64,000 nt of DNA. It comes from Escherichia phage UE-S1. Below, piece by piece: positions 38,642 to 54,897 of this stretch. The notes beneath the pieces were generated by a model. It ran no database searches. It had not been told where the DNA came from and was given only the letters and a program-made list of their open reading frames with translations. The stretch is taken from the sequence record ON568341.1; one strand, 5' to 3'. Position 1 is the first letter of the stretch. The number at the start of each line of letters is the position of its first letter. Both the position numbers and the translations under genes were made by a program.

Positions 38642-41600
38642 ATGTATATCGATGCTTATATGGAACGTAAACGTACTGGTGATATTCTTCATGTTGTGGA
38701 ACGTAAAAATGGTAAACGCATTCTACGTGAATTGGACCCAGTATATGAATATTATGTTGAATCACCACAAGGAACACATAAAACTGTTTATGGTACAATG
38801 GCTAAACATTTTGAGTTTCAAACCCAAGCTCAAATGAATAAAAGTGTAGAGAAACACAAAAGTGAAGGTCTACGTATTTTTGAAAGTGATTGTAATATCA
38901 TATTCAAAACCTTAGCTAAAGAATATATGGGGAAAGGTTCACCAGATTTGAATATCGTATTCTTCGATATTGAGACTGACTTCCATAAGAAATTTGGTTA
39001 TGCTCCACCATCGGACCCATTTAACCGCGTAACTGCTATTTCTTTATATCAATCATGGACTGGAAAAGATTATGTACTTACTTTACCACCAGTTGATATG
39101 GAAATTTATGAAGCACAAGATATTGTTCGTAAACTAAATGAAGAAACAAATGATCCTAACAGTACTGTGATTCTATATACAGACGAAAAGGAAATGTTTA
39201 TGGAATTCTTTAGTTTAATTGATGACTCTGATGTTATTTCAGGATGGAATAGTGAATTTTTTGATATTCCATATATGATCAATCGAACTAAAAAAATCTT
39301 CAATGAAGCAACGACTGCTCGTTGGTGTTTATGGAATAAAAAACCAAATTCACGTGAAGCCGATAACTTTGGAAAAACTGTACAAACTTATGATCTGGTA
39401 GGACGTGTTCATCTAGATTACTTGGCTTTGTATAAAAAACATGCTGGGCAAGTTGAACAATCTTATAAACTAGATTATATTGCTGAAAAAGTAACAAAAG
39501 AAAATAAAGTATCTTATGAAGGTTCATTGGATAAACTTTATAGAGAAGATTACATTACTTTCTTGCGTTATTCTAAACAGGATAGTATTCTTCTTAAAAA
39601 GATTGATGCTAAATGTGACTATATCAACCTACACAATCGTCTTGCACATAAAGAGTGTGTACTTATTAGTACAACAATGGGTTCAGTAGCACTAATTGAC
39701 ACTGCTATTATTAACTTAGCACATAGCCGTGGTGAAGTTGTTTTTAACAAAGCACCTAAAGACGATGTTGAGTTTGATCCAGAAATGGAATATTATAGTG
39801 ATGATGGTGAAGATGAAGAAGAGAAAATCAGTGCAAAAGCCGCAGGTGCATGGGTACAAGATCCAGTTTTGGGACTTGTAAGTGACCTTGGATGTACTGA
39901 CTTTAACTCTCTTTATCCTACAGTTCTACGTACATTGGGAATGAGCACAGAATGTATTCTTGGTCAATTACGTCAAGATTATACGGATGCGTATCTTGCA
40001 GCTAAAATTCAGGAACAGAAAAATAAATCCAAATCTAGATCATTTGAACCAGACTGGACTGCCGCATGGCATGGTTTGTTTGCTGCTGTTGAGTTCACTA
40101 TGGTTCATGAAAAGTCAGAAGAAACATTGATTGTAGATTTAGAAGATGGGAGTTCTTTTAAAGCAACTGGAAAAGAACTATATGATATTATTTTTGCAGA
40201 AGATAGTACTATTGTTCTAAGTGCAAATGGAACCTTGTTTGATAAATCAAAATCTGGTGTAATTCCAGATATTCTTACACAATGGTATTCTGAACGTAAA
40301 GCTCAACAAAAAATGGTTATTGATTACAAACATATGTGTACTGATGGTTGGGAGTTTAATGGTCATGAAAAAGTTGAACCACTATTGACAAACTATACCC
40401 CAGGAACTATGTTTAGAACTAATATCCATGATAACGATCCTGTATACTTACTTCGCAAAGAAATTGGCAAAGGACAATGGGATGAAGTTGCTAAGTTGAT
40501 TGTAGAAAATGGATTAGTACTTAAAGATGGTCGCATTTACTGTCCTAAAGAAGAAAAAGATTACTTCAAACAACGTAGTGCTTTCTGGAAACAGAACCAA
40601 CAGATTCGTAAAATTCTTCTAAACAGTCTATATGGTGCACTACTGAACAAAGGTTCTCGTTTCTTTGATAAGCGTTTGGGTCAATCTGTCACATTAACTG
40701 GTCGTTCGATGACTAAGCATATGGCAAGTCGTATCAATGAAATTACAACTGGTGTATATATTCATCACGGCGGTTCTGTGATCTATGGGGACACTGACTC
40801 TGTGTACTTTAGTGTAACGCATTATCTAAAAGAACAAGGCATTCCATATAATTTATCTAAAGAAGAAATTGTTGATATGTATATTAAAATTGGTGAAGAA
40901 GTTGGTGAATCTTTTCCATCATTTATGCATCAAATGTTCAACACTGGTATTGAAAAAGGTAAGATTGTTGGGGCAGACCTTGAGATGGTTGGTTCCCGTG
41001 GATTATTCTTGAAGAAAAAACGTTATGCAATTTTGAAGTACTGGGAAGATGGATTTCGCAAAGATATTGATGGTAAACCTGGTGAAATCAAAGCTATGGG
41101 TCTTGAAATTAAACGTTCAGATACACCAAAATACATCCAGAACTTCCTAGAAGAGACTCTAATTGCACTACTGGTAGGTGAGAATGAACAACAGTTAAAA
41201 CAGCGTGTACGTGCTTTTAAGGACGTATTTAAAGATATGCCTGTGCATGAAAAAGGCTCACCAAAAACTGTAAAAAACTACACAAATTTAGAGGCCGAAT
41301 ATCAACTAACAGGTAAGTGTAAGGTTGGGCACGTTCTTGCTGGTATTCAATGGAACCGCTTACGTGAAGTTTATGATGATAAAACTGTCCCAGAAGTAAC
41401 TGATGGAACAAAAGTAATTGTTTGTAACTTAAAAGATAATCCAATGGGGATTAAAGCAGTTGGTTATCCAATTGACTGTGTTGAGTATCTACCTGAATGG
41501 TTCTTAGAACTACCATTTGACACTGAAAAAATGGAAGAGATTGTTCTAACTAAAAAATTAGAGAATATTTTTGGTATTTTAGATATGGATATTGGTATTC

Positions 41601-41647
41601 ATGAAAAAAGTACTGCATCAGTAAACAATGGATTCTTCACTTGGTAA
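38642..41647 (+). CDS. gp43: DNA polymerase, family B (gp43)
   Basis: Exo I FFDIETD, motif B KILLNSLYGAL, motif C YGDTDSVYF. 1001 aa, uninterrupted. Confidence 0.95.
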   Translation: MYIDAYMERKRTGDILHVVERKNGKRILRELDPVYEYYVESPQGTHKTVYGTMAKHFEFQTQAQMNKSVEKHKSEGLRIFESDCNIIFKTLAKEYMGKGSPDLNIVFFDIETDFHKKFGYAPPSDPFNRVTAISLYQSWTGKDYVLTLPPVDMEIYEAQDIVRKLNEETNDPNSTVILYTDEKEMFMEFFSLIDDSDVISGWNSEFFDIPYMINRTKKIFNEATTARWCLWNKKPNSREADNFGKTVQTYDLVGRVHLDYLALYKKHAGQVEQSYKLDYIAEKVTKENKVSYEGSLDKLYREDYITFLRYSKQDSILLKKIDAKCDYINLHNRLAHKECVLISTTMGSVALIDTAIINLAHSRGEVVFNKAPKDDVEFDPEMEYYSDDGEDEEEKISAKAAGAWVQDPVLGLVSDLGCTDFNSLYPTVLRTLGMSTECILGQLRQDYTDAYLAAKIQEQKNKSKSRSFEPDWTAAWHGLFAAVEFTMVHEKSEETLIVDLEDGSSFKATGKELYDIIFAEDSTIVLSANGTLFDKSKSGVIPDILTQWYSERKAQQKMVIDYKHMCTDGWEFNGHEKVEPLLTNYTPGTMFRTNIHDNDPVYLLRKEIGKGQWDEVAKLIVENGLVLKDGRIYCPKEEKDYFKQRSAFWKQNQQIRKILLNSLYGALLNKGSRFFDKRLGQSVTLTGRSMTKHMASRINEITTGVYIHHGGSVIYGDTDSVYFSVTHYLKEQGIPYNLSKEEIVDMYIKIGEEVGESFPSFMHQMFNTGIEKGKIVGADLEMVGSRGLFLKKKRYAILKYWEDGFRKDIDGKPGEIKAMGLEIKRSDTPKYIQNFLEETLIALLVGENEQQLKQRVRAFKDVFKDMPVHEKGSPKTVKNYTNLEAEYQLTGKCKVGHVLAGIQWNRLREVYDDKTVPEVTDGTKVIVCNLKDNPMGIKAVGYPIDCVEYLPEWFLELPFDTEKMEEIVLTKKLENIFGILDMDIGIHEKSTASVNNGFFTW

Positions 41648-41660
41648 GGAGTTAGATAAT

Positions 41661-41810
41661 ATGGTTATTGTAAATGAAATCGAACTAAATTATGATGAAG
41701 TAAACGACACTTTCACCAATGCAGTATTGAACATTACTGAAGAAAGTGTAAATGATGCATGGGAAAAATATGTAGAATGGGCTGCATTACAAGGTAAAAA
41801 TAATGAGTAA
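41661..41810 (+). CDS. Small hypothetical protein
   Basis: Short ORF overlapping the polymerase stop, ATG after GGAG. Confidence 0.35.
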   Translation: MVIVNEIELNYDEVNDTFTNAVLNITEESVNDAWEKYVEWAALQGKNNE

Positions 41811-42099
41811 TATATATAAGCGTATTGGAGAAGTTCTGGAAGGTAATGGTATCATTAATTCAGTTCTAGCATACGATAATAATGAAGAGATGGTTCTAAT
41901 TGGTGCTGGTTTTACCCGCACTGGTTCGGTGGAAGTTGATGGCGAAATTGCTGATATCTACACTATTGTGAAAAAGCGTAATGTTGTTTTTGTGGATGAT
42001 GTGTATACATTAAAAGACTTGGCAAATTTACGTAATAAAATTGGCATGAGTTCCACTATTGATAAACCTTATCTTAAACGTTGGAACACAAAATTCTGA
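41803..42099 (+). CDS. Hypothetical protein (98 aa)
   Basis: ORF with translationally coupled start. Confidence 0.45.
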   Translation: MSNIYKRIGEVLEGNGIINSVLAYDNNEEMVLIGAGFTRTGSVEVDGEIADIYTIVKKRNVVFVDDVYTLKDLANLRNKIGMSSTIDKPYLKRWNTKF

Positions 42100-42109
42100 T
42101 AAAAAAAAT

Positions 42110-42138
42110 GAGACAAGCATCATTTTTTGAGATATAAT
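42110..42138 (+). promoter_or_regulatory. Early sigma70-like promoter (GAGACA-N17-TATAAT)
   Basis: GAGACA at 42110-42115 and TATAAT at 42133-42138. Confidence 0.45.
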
Positions 42139-42201
42139 GGTGCTTGTAGTAATCTGACATAAACACATTTTTGATTAACAAATAGAACGGAGAATTATAT
42201 A

Positions 42202-42933
42202 ATGGATCTACGCAACGTATTACGTGACCTTGTAAACACAACCAGTGGTATTGACTTCTCTTGTATTGCTGTAAGTAGTGAAGACCGTGGTGAAGGGCAA
42301 CGTGTATATCTAGAAGCGTACACAGATGACCGAACTCTAGTGATGCGAGCATATACTAAAGAGGATGTTCCTGAAGTTCAGGGTCGCTTTGGGTTAGGAA
42401 ATCTAGGTCTTCTTCAGGGTCTAATGTCTCTAAAAACATACAGTACTGAAGGAACAACAATCACATCAAATGTCAAAGACGGTTCTGTAAAAAGTCTAGC
42501 ATTTAAATCTGAAGATGCAAGCACTACATTTATGGTACAAGCTGAAAAACTTATTCCAGTACAACCACGTTTTCATGAACAACCATATGACGTACAGGTT
42601 ATTCCTAGTGCAGCAAAAGTTCAAGAACTAAAGAGTTTTTCTGGTGTATTTAAATCATTCAGTTCTCTCGTAACTCCGTATACTGATGGTGACACACTAT
42701 ACTTTCACGTTGGTGAGAAAAACAAAAGCAACCACGTTGGTTCACTAGCTTTTTCTAAAACTGATGGAGAATTGGGACTTGGATTTGGATATAATATTGA
42801 TCGAGTACTTCAAGCACTATCTCGTGTCTCTAATGCTGAATCTGTATCACTTGGTATCACAAAAACTGGTATGTTAAATGTCACACTAGATACTGGAATT
42901 GCTGTATACAAATTTTATGTAACTGGTTGCTAA
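42202..42933 (+). CDS. Putative sliding clamp (gp45-like)
   Basis: 243 aa. LVNTTSGIDFS and LGNLGLLQGLMSL weakly parallel T4 gp45 LKNFATINSGIML and LNGFLGILSLV. Size matches. Confidence 0.4.
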   Translation: MDLRNVLRDLVNTTSGIDFSCIAVSSEDRGEGQRVYLEAYTDDRTLVMRAYTKEDVPEVQGRFGLGNLGLLQGLMSLKTYSTEGTTITSNVKDGSVKSLAFKSEDASTTFMVQAEKLIPVQPRFHEQPYDVQVIPSAAKVQELKSFSGVFKSFSSLVTPYTDGDTLYFHVGEKNKSNHVGSLAFSKTDGELGLGFGYNIDRVLQALSRVSNAESVSLGITKTGMLNVTLDTGIAVYKFYVTGC

Positions 42934-42998
42934 TATAAATAACGGGGAACAAGTTGTTCCCCGAATTAGTTTGATTTAAAAGTAAAGGAATACAAAAA

Positions 42999-43205
42999 AT
43001 GCCATTATATACATATCGTTGTGAAAAAGAAGAATGTAAACATAGTATGGAAAAAATTGTTAAAATTGCTAATCGTGATGAACCCCATGACTGTCCTAAA
43101 TGTAATGGTAAAAAGACTATGAAGTTAGAAGTATTCACACCAGGTGATAAAGGTGCTAATCTTTATTTCCGTGGAAAATGGTTTGCAAATACTGGAGGAT
43201 ACTGA
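42999..43205 (+). CDS. FmdB-family zinc-ribbon protein
   Basis: MPLYTYRCEKEEC ... DCPKCNG: two CxxC pairs in the FmdB arrangement. Confidence 0.55.
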   Translation: MPLYTYRCEKEECKHSMEKIVKIANRDEPHDCPKCNGKKTMKLEVFTPGDKGANLYFRGKWFANTGGY

Positions 43206-43206
43206 T

Positions 43207-43506
43207 ATGAAAATTAAAATGATTAATGATTACGTTCTTGTTCGTCAAATTGAAGCACAGAATAAAAGTTCTGGTGGTATTATTCTAGGGAATGTTGAGC
43301 CACCATGCATTGGTATGGTAATTTCCGTTGGTCCAGGTAAAGTTCTACCGAACGGACAACTAGCAGAGCATGATATTAAAGAAGGTGATATGGTTGTATT
43401 TGGACGTTCATCTTTGAACACTCCCCTAACTGAAGATCTTGGTGGTGGAGAAGACACATACTATGTAATGAAAATCGAAGAGATTTTTGGTAAGAAAAAT
43501 GGCTAA
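43207..43506 (+). CDS. GroES-like co-chaperonin (functional analogue of T4 gp31)
   Basis: DYVLVRQIEAQNKSSGGIIL ... GMVISVGPG ... IKEGDMVVFG matches the Cpn10 pattern. Start ATG 43207 after GGAGGA. Confidence 0.6.
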   Translation: MKIKMINDYVLVRQIEAQNKSSGGIILGNVEPPCIGMVISVGPGKVLPNGQLAEHDIKEGDMVVFGRSSLNTPLTEDLGGGEDTYYVMKIEEIFGKKNG

Positions 43507-44224
43507 AAATAAATTTATACCATTTTGGATGATCCCTGCTCACTGGGGACTTTCTGGTAAGGCAAAAGAAATAGCCAAAGCATATTACTACAATGATGAT
43601 TATGAAGCTGATATGAAGATTGCAGAATTGACATATCTAACTCCATATGAAGTTGAAGTAGCACAATTGGATATCAAAAAGAAATATGGTGTAATAGAAG
43701 AGTTAGAATATCTAATTGCTATACTAGATGTAGAATTGAAATATTCCAAAATTACTCGTGAACAGTATGATGTTAAAGTTCTTGATGCAAAATTGAGTAC
43801 TGGTGCAATCACTGAAAAAGAATATGATATGGAAATCATCGAGCTAATGCCAGATGGTGATGAAAAAAGACTAAAGGCTATTGAATTTGCATATCGTTAT
43901 GATGAAATCACACAAAGTGAATATTCTAAGGAAATATATACACTTCGAAAAGAGCCTTGGATTGATTTGAATGTGGTTCTTGACCCTGAAACAAATGAAG
44001 TTGAGTTTGTGTTTGATTATAATGAATATTTCTGGAAAAAACTGAAAGCGGAAGGTCATCCAGGTAATGACGAAGAAGAAATTATCGATAATTTTGTTAG
44101 AGACTTAGGTCGCAAACTTGCTACAGATGATTTCAGTGATGATTATGACGCAAAGTTGGTGAGTGTGAACGAAGGATTAGACAAGCTACCTGGTTTACCT
44201 GAAGGATTTCGTTCATATAGATAA
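43499..44224 (+). CDS. Hypothetical protein with internal ITxxEY repeats
   Basis: ORF start ATG 43499 (MAKNK) overlapping the GroES-like stop. Followed by a bidirectional terminator. Confidence 0.6.
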   Translation: MAKNKFIPFWMIPAHWGLSGKAKEIAKAYYYNDDYEADMKIAELTYLTPYEVEVAQLDIKKKYGVIEELEYLIAILDVELKYSKITREQYDVKVLDAKLSTGAITEKEYDMEIIELMPDGDEKRLKAIEFAYRYDEITQSEYSKEIYTLRKEPWIDLNVVLDPETNEVEFVFDYNEYFWKKLKAEGHPGNDEEEIIDNFVRDLGRKLATDDFSDDYDAKLVSVNEGLDKLPGLPEGFRSYR

Positions 44225-44231
44225 AATATAA

Positions 44232-44256
44232 AAAGGAGAGCGTGTGCTCTCCTTTT
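44232..44256. terminator. Bidirectional terminator between convergent genes
   Basis: GGAGAGC-gtgt-GCTCTCC flanked by an A-run and a T-run. Confidence 0.65.
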
Positions 44257-44269
44257 CTTTTGTAATATG

Positions 44270-44959
44270 TTAAACCAATGCTGGAAGATATTGGAATAGT
44301 TTAATACCGAAATCCCCTGCTGCATCAGCGGCCTGTGAACGTAGATAAACTTCAGTGACCCCATCTTTAGCAAGTAGTGGAACACCAGTTAGATCATCAA
44401 TTAGTAGGCGACCTTCTTCATATTCAGTACTTGGAACGCCTTGTGGTGATTTTAGATCTTTGTTAAAAACACTAGCACGTTCAACTAGGAATGTGATAAC
44501 AGACGCATCATCAAGACTAACTTTACCAGCACTAATAACACCATCTGGTGCGTTGGTGAAACCAGTAACTGGAAACACTTCACTACCATTTCCTGCAATG
44601 TTGGATGTTGCAATAACAACTGCACGTTGTTGTACAACATCTACGATGCGTTTTACGTTAGTTTGTGCCGCATAGGATGCATTGTAATCTGATTCTAGTG
44701 ATTCTAGAACGAAAGCAGAACCATCAACACGCTTGATACCTTTATCATTTAGGTATGCTAGAATTTCTTCTGGGATATCAGTGTTTAGAAAACGTTGTAA
44801 ACCTACATAAGAGGAAACTGCTCCTGTTACAAGAACGTTCACGTCACCAAGTTTACTAATAGCAATAGATGCTAGGGCGTTAGTACCACAAAAGTAACCT
44901 AGAATACGCTCAAATGAATACCCATTGATACGTTCAAAAGAAGTATTAGTATTTGACAT
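44270..44959 (-). CDS. Ala/Val/Thr-rich structural-type protein, paralogue B
   Basis: 229 aa. Shares QQRAVVIATS and ERASVFNKDLKSP blocks with the adjacent 199-aa protein. Confidence 0.7.
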   Translation of the reverse strand: MSNTNTSFERINGYSFERILGYFCGTNALASIAISKLGDVNVLVTGAVSSYVGLQRFLNTDIPEEILAYLNDKGIKRVDGSAFVLESLESDYNASYAAQTNVKRIVDVVQQRAVVIATSNIAGNGSEVFPVTGFTNAPDGVISAGKVSLDDASVITFLVERASVFNKDLKSPQGVPSTEYEEGRLLIDDLTGVPLLAKDGVTEVYLRSQAADAAGDFGIKLFQYLPALV

Positions 44960-44974
44960 AATATTACCTCTCTA

Positions 44975-45574
44975 TTATAGTTGAACTGGAAGAGCAGCAC
45001 GTACTTTAATAGCTACAGCAGTAGATGCACCTGCATCACCAACACCATCAGTTCCTTGACTTACGAAAGTTTTAGTACGAAAAACTTTAGCTTGTGCAAT
45101 AGATTTAGCTAGGTCAACAGTTGGATCAACTGGAGCAGGACATGCAGAACCTGGACGAACTTCTTGTTTATTAAATACGTCTTGACGTTCACAGATGAAA
45201 GTCAATGCAACAGAGTTAGCACCACCTTTAACATCAGTACCGCTAGTACCAAATGCAACTACGTTTGGGTTAGCATTTTTAAAATCTTCAGGAATAACAA
45301 CTTCTGCATCAAGAGCAAGTAGTGAAGTCGTTACAAGAACAGCACGTTGCTGTAGTAGTTGAGTAACCATGAATAGGTTATATTGTGCATTGCTTAGTGC
45401 AGTTTGATATGCATCAGCTTGAGCATCAGAACCATCGGACACAACTTTAGTAGTACCGATTTCAACATCAGTTGGTAGGTCGATTACGATGGTTACAAAA
45501 CCGTTGTTGCCACCCCACCATTCACGTGCAACACCAGACATACCATAGTTACGGTTAAAAGAATTAAGACTCAT
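44975..45574 (-). CDS. Ala/Val/Thr-rich structural-type protein, paralogue A
   Basis: 199 aa. QQRAVLVTTS and ERQDVFNKQEVRP blocks. Tandem with paralogue B. Confidence 0.7.
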   Translation of the reverse strand: MSLNSFNRNYGMSGVAREWWGGNNGFVTIVIDLPTDVEIGTTKVVSDGSDAQADAYQTALSNAQYNLFMVTQLLQQRAVLVTTSLLALDAEVVIPEDFKNANPNVVAFGTSGTDVKGGANSVALTFICERQDVFNKQEVRPGSACPAPVDPTVDLAKSIAQAKVFRTKTFVSQGTDGVGDAGASTAVAIKVRAALPVQL

Positions 45575-45699
45575 GAAAATCTCCTTGTCGAATTTTGTGC
45601 AGGTTCATCCTGCTTAAAGTTATTTATCAAAAAATATTCCTAGCATTTAAATTTACTGGAATAATTAATGAATTTCTATGATATTATTTATCAAAAATG

Positions 45700-51960
<6,261 letters not shown>

Positions 51961-51976
51961 AGAGTGATATAATGAT

Positions 51977-52005
51977 GTTTGTCAAGGTGATGAGCCTTGA
52001 CAAAC
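51977..52005 (+). promoter_or_regulatory. 11-bp perfect inverted repeat (candidate operator / RNA hairpin) upstream of the gp32 gene
   Basis: GTTTGTCAAGG-tgatgag-CCTTGACAAAC, immediately after a TGATATAAT -10-like element at 51965-51973. Confidence 0.45.
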
Positions 52006-52020
52006 AGAGTTAAAAAATAT

Positions 52021-52048
52021 GGGACAGTATAAAAACCTGTGCTATAAT
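52021..52048 (+). promoter_or_regulatory. Early sigma70-like promoter (GGGACA-N16-TGcTATAAT)
   Basis: GGGACA at 52021-52026 and TGCTATAAT at 52040-52048. Followed by an 88-nt AU-rich leader. Confidence 0.5.
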
Positions 52049-52136
52049 GTAAAACGTTGAAGGAACAATTAAGTTTCTGAAACATTGAAGCCAATTAACA
52101 AATAACAAAGAAACCCCAATATCAAGGAAGAAATAT

Positions 52137-53189
52137 ATGAAATCTCTAGCTGAAATTCGTGCACACCTAAAAGCAGAACAAGAAAAAGCAGAAGCTCAAA
52201 AGAATGGTACATTTACTGGCGAGCGTAAAGCTGATTCGTTCTTAGCTTTCTGGAACGTACCTTATAACGAACCACTAAACCTACGTTTTCTACCAGATGC
52301 AGATGAGTCTAACCCATTCTTCTGGCGTGAACGTGACATGATTAACCTAACTTTCAATGGTGTAGTCGGTATGCACACTGATAAAGTTACCGTTCAAGTG
52401 CCTTGTAATGAAATGTGGGTTCCTAAATCTTGTCCGGTACTGAAAGAAGTACGTCAATGGTTCCAAAGTGCGAATGAAACAGGGAATGAAGAGCTAAAAG
52501 CAATGGCTGGTCGTTACTGGAAGAAGAAAACCTATCTAATGCAATGTTTTATTGCCCCTGATAGTGTTGCAGTAAAAGACGACATTGCACCAGAAAATCC
52601 AATTCGTCGAATTCTGGCTAACAAAGATATCTTTGATAAAGTTAAATCTATCCTACTAAACCCAGGTATCAAAGAATCACCAACTCACTACGTTCAAGGT
52701 CGTGATTTTGGTATTGTTAAAACTAAGAATGGTGGTGGTTATAATAGCTATGACATGTCACAATTCTCCATGTCAGAACGCCCACTCAACGAAGAAGAAC
52801 TTGCAGCAATTGAAAAATATGGTCTATTCAATCTAAATGATTTTATGCCAAAACAACCAACTCCAGAAGAGTTAAAAGCAATTGAAGAAATGTTTGAAGC
52901 ATCTGTAAATGGTGAAGCATATGATCCAGCACGTTGGGCATTTGCATATCGTCCAGCAGGTGTACCAAAACCTAATACTGGAACTGTTGCTGAATCAAAA
53001 CCAACTCCTGCTCCAGCACAACAAGAGTCAGTACCTGCATCAGTAGCACCTACTGCACCAGTTACACCAGCACCACAAGCTGCTCCAGTAACTCCAGCAG
53101 CTACTCCAGCAGTAACCACTCCTGAAGCACCAAAAGAACAACTATCTGCATCTGCACTAGTTGCTCGTTTGAAACAACAAGGTAAATAA
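52137..53189 (+). CDS. gp32: Single-stranded DNA-binding protein gp32
   Basis: LRFLPDADESNPFF parallels T4 gp32 IRFLPSKNDEQAPFA. GGGYNSYDMSQFSMSE parallels VSGFSNYDESKFLNQS. Pro/Ala/Thr-rich C-terminal tail. Confidence 0.85.
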   Translation: MKSLAEIRAHLKAEQEKAEAQKNGTFTGERKADSFLAFWNVPYNEPLNLRFLPDADESNPFFWRERDMINLTFNGVVGMHTDKVTVQVPCNEMWVPKSCPVLKEVRQWFQSANETGNEELKAMAGRYWKKKTYLMQCFIAPDSVAVKDDIAPENPIRRILANKDIFDKVKSILLNPGIKESPTHYVQGRDFGIVKTKNGGGYNSYDMSQFSMSERPLNEEELAAIEKYGLFNLNDFMPKQPTPEELKAIEEMFEASVNGEAYDPARWAFAYRPAGVPKPNTGTVAESKPTPAPAQQESVPASVAPTAPVTPAPQAAPVTPAATPAVTTPEAPKEQLSASALVARLKQQGK

Positions 53190-53258
53190 TAGTTTTTGAA
53201 AAGGTAAGGGGCAACAGAGTTTGCCCCGTTTTATTTCATGAAATTCAAGGAGCGAATT

Positions 53259-54377
53259 ATGAAAATGACAAGTGGTTTTGCGAACATTCTTAAAAACAGT
53301 ACTGGTAGTGTTAAAAAGAATACTGGTGTTAGTGTTGGTTTTCATGATCCAGATACATGGGTTAGCACTGGTAACTATGCACTAAACTATCGTATCAGTG
53401 GATATTTTGACCGTGGTATCCCACTAGGAAAAGTAACTATGTTTGCTGGTGAATCAGGTAGTGGTAAATCTTTTATCGTATCTGGTAACATTGCACGTGA
53501 AGCTCAAAAACAAGGCATCTTTGTTGTTATGATTGACACAGAGAACGCATTGGATTCTGATTGGCTTCAAGCACTTGGTGTTGACACTTCTGAAGATAAA
53601 CTGTTGAAAGTCAATATGGGTATGATTGGTGACGTTGCAAAATTCACCTATGAGTTCATTGAAGGCTATCGTAAAGAATACGAAAATACACCTAAAGATG
53701 AACGTCAAAAAGTATTGTTTATTATTGATTCAATTGGTATGCTAAACACTGAAGTAGCCAATGATCAAATGAAAGCGGGTAATCTTAAAGGTGATATGGG
53801 TCATAAACCCAAACAGCTTAAAGCATATATCACAAACTGTGTAAACTCTATTGGTTCATTGAACATTGGCATGGTTTGTGTGAACCATTCATACGAATCT
53901 CAGGACATGTTTAACCCAGATCCTAAAGTTTCAGGTGGTAGTGGTTTGATTTATGCTTCATCTATGGTTATCGCAATGGGTAAATTAAAACTTAAAGAAG
54001 ATGAAGATGGAAATAAAACTTCCGAAGTAAATGGTATTCGTGCTAAATGTAAAGTCATGAAGACTCGTTACAACAAGCCGTTCGAAGATGTAGAAATTAA
54101 AATTCCTTGGGATAAAGGTATGGACCCACGTAGTGGTCTACTAGATATGTTTGAAAAATACGGTCTAATCACTAAATCAGGTAACCGTCTATTGTATGTT
54201 GATATTGTAACTGGCGAACAGATTCTAAAATATCGCAAAGAGTGGATGCGTAATGAAGATTCATGTCTTGATTTGGTAATGCATCAATTTAAAAATCATC
54301 CTTTGATTGAAGAAGTTAAAGAAGAAGAAAAAGGTGATGAAACTTTTGGTACTGATGTTGATATTAGTGAGGAATAA
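53259..54377 (+). CDS. uvsX: UvsX recombinase (RecA-like)
   Basis: Walker A GESGSGKS. MDPRSGLLDM parallels T4 UvsX IDPYSGLLDM. Start ATG 53259 after AAGGAG. Confidence 0.9.
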   Translation: MKMTSGFANILKNSTGSVKKNTGVSVGFHDPDTWVSTGNYALNYRISGYFDRGIPLGKVTMFAGESGSGKSFIVSGNIAREAQKQGIFVVMIDTENALDSDWLQALGVDTSEDKLLKVNMGMIGDVAKFTYEFIEGYRKEYENTPKDERQKVLFIIDSIGMLNTEVANDQMKAGNLKGDMGHKPKQLKAYITNCVNSIGSLNIGMVCVNHSYESQDMFNPDPKVSGGSGLIYASSMVIAMGKLKLKEDEDGNKTSEVNGIRAKCKVMKTRYNKPFEDVEIKIPWDKGMDPRSGLLDMFEKYGLITKSGNRLLYVDIVTGEQILKYRKEWMRNEDSCLDLVMHQFKNHPLIEEVKEEEKGDETFGTDVDISEE

Positions 54378-54838
54378 TGAAACCTTGGCATTGGATTATC
54401 AAAGATGATAAATCTAAAATTATTGAAATGATTGAGTTCTTTAACAAAGAAATTGAAGAGGCTCGTTGTGAAGTAAAGAAGATTGGCATCATTGAAAAAA
54501 TTGCTCAAGAGATTCCTGGCTGGCATGAGACGCGTCTAAGCCAGCTTCAAGAACTTGAAGCAGTATTGGAAATGTTAGAAATTGAAATGCGTCAGATACA
54601 AGCCGAGAAGTTCAAATACTTTCTCGAAGGATACCGCCGTGCACTATCTTCATCTGACTGTAAAAAGTATGTTGAGGGTGATAAAGATGTTTGTGAGTTA
54701 GCAGAACTTATAAACGAGGTATCTTATATAAGAAATACATATTCCAGTATTGTTAAATCCTTAGAGATGAAAGCTTTTCAGTTAAACAATATTGTGAGAC
54801 TACGTGCCGCTGGTATTGAAGATAGCCGACTTGACTAA
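54377..54838 (+). CDS. Possible UvsY-like recombination mediator
   Basis: 153 aa, immediately downstream of uvsX. C-terminal ...LEMKAFQLNNIVRLRAAGIED weakly parallels T4 UvsY ...IKSRGFAIKHIQDMRAFEAGK. Confidence 0.3.
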   Translation: MKPWHWIIKDDKSKIIEMIEFFNKEIEEARCEVKKIGIIEKIAQEIPGWHETRLSQLQELEAVLEMLEIEMRQIQAEKFKYFLEGYRRALSSSDCKKYVEGDKDVCELAELINEVSYIRNTYSSIVKSLEMKAFQLNNIVRLRAAGIEDSRLD

Positions 54839-54854
54839 TATAAATTAAATAAAA

Positions 54855-54881
54855 GACAGTTTAAATAAAACTGTCTTTTTT
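54855..54881 (+). terminator. Rho-independent terminator
   Basis: GACAGTT-taaataa-AACTGTC followed by TTTTTT. Confidence 0.65.
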
Positions 54882-54897
54882 GTTAGGTAATACGGTT

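Noticed and set aside
38642-41647. Intron or intein in the DNA polymerase gene
   Set aside because: The ORF is continuous (1001 aa) with exonuclease and polymerase motifs in the expected order and no Hint or LAGLIDADG motifs.
52748-53119. 123-aa minus-strand ORF inside the gp32 gene
   Set aside because: Antisense artefact of the Pro/Ala/Thr-rich C-terminal tail of gp32; translation is Gly/Ala low complexity.
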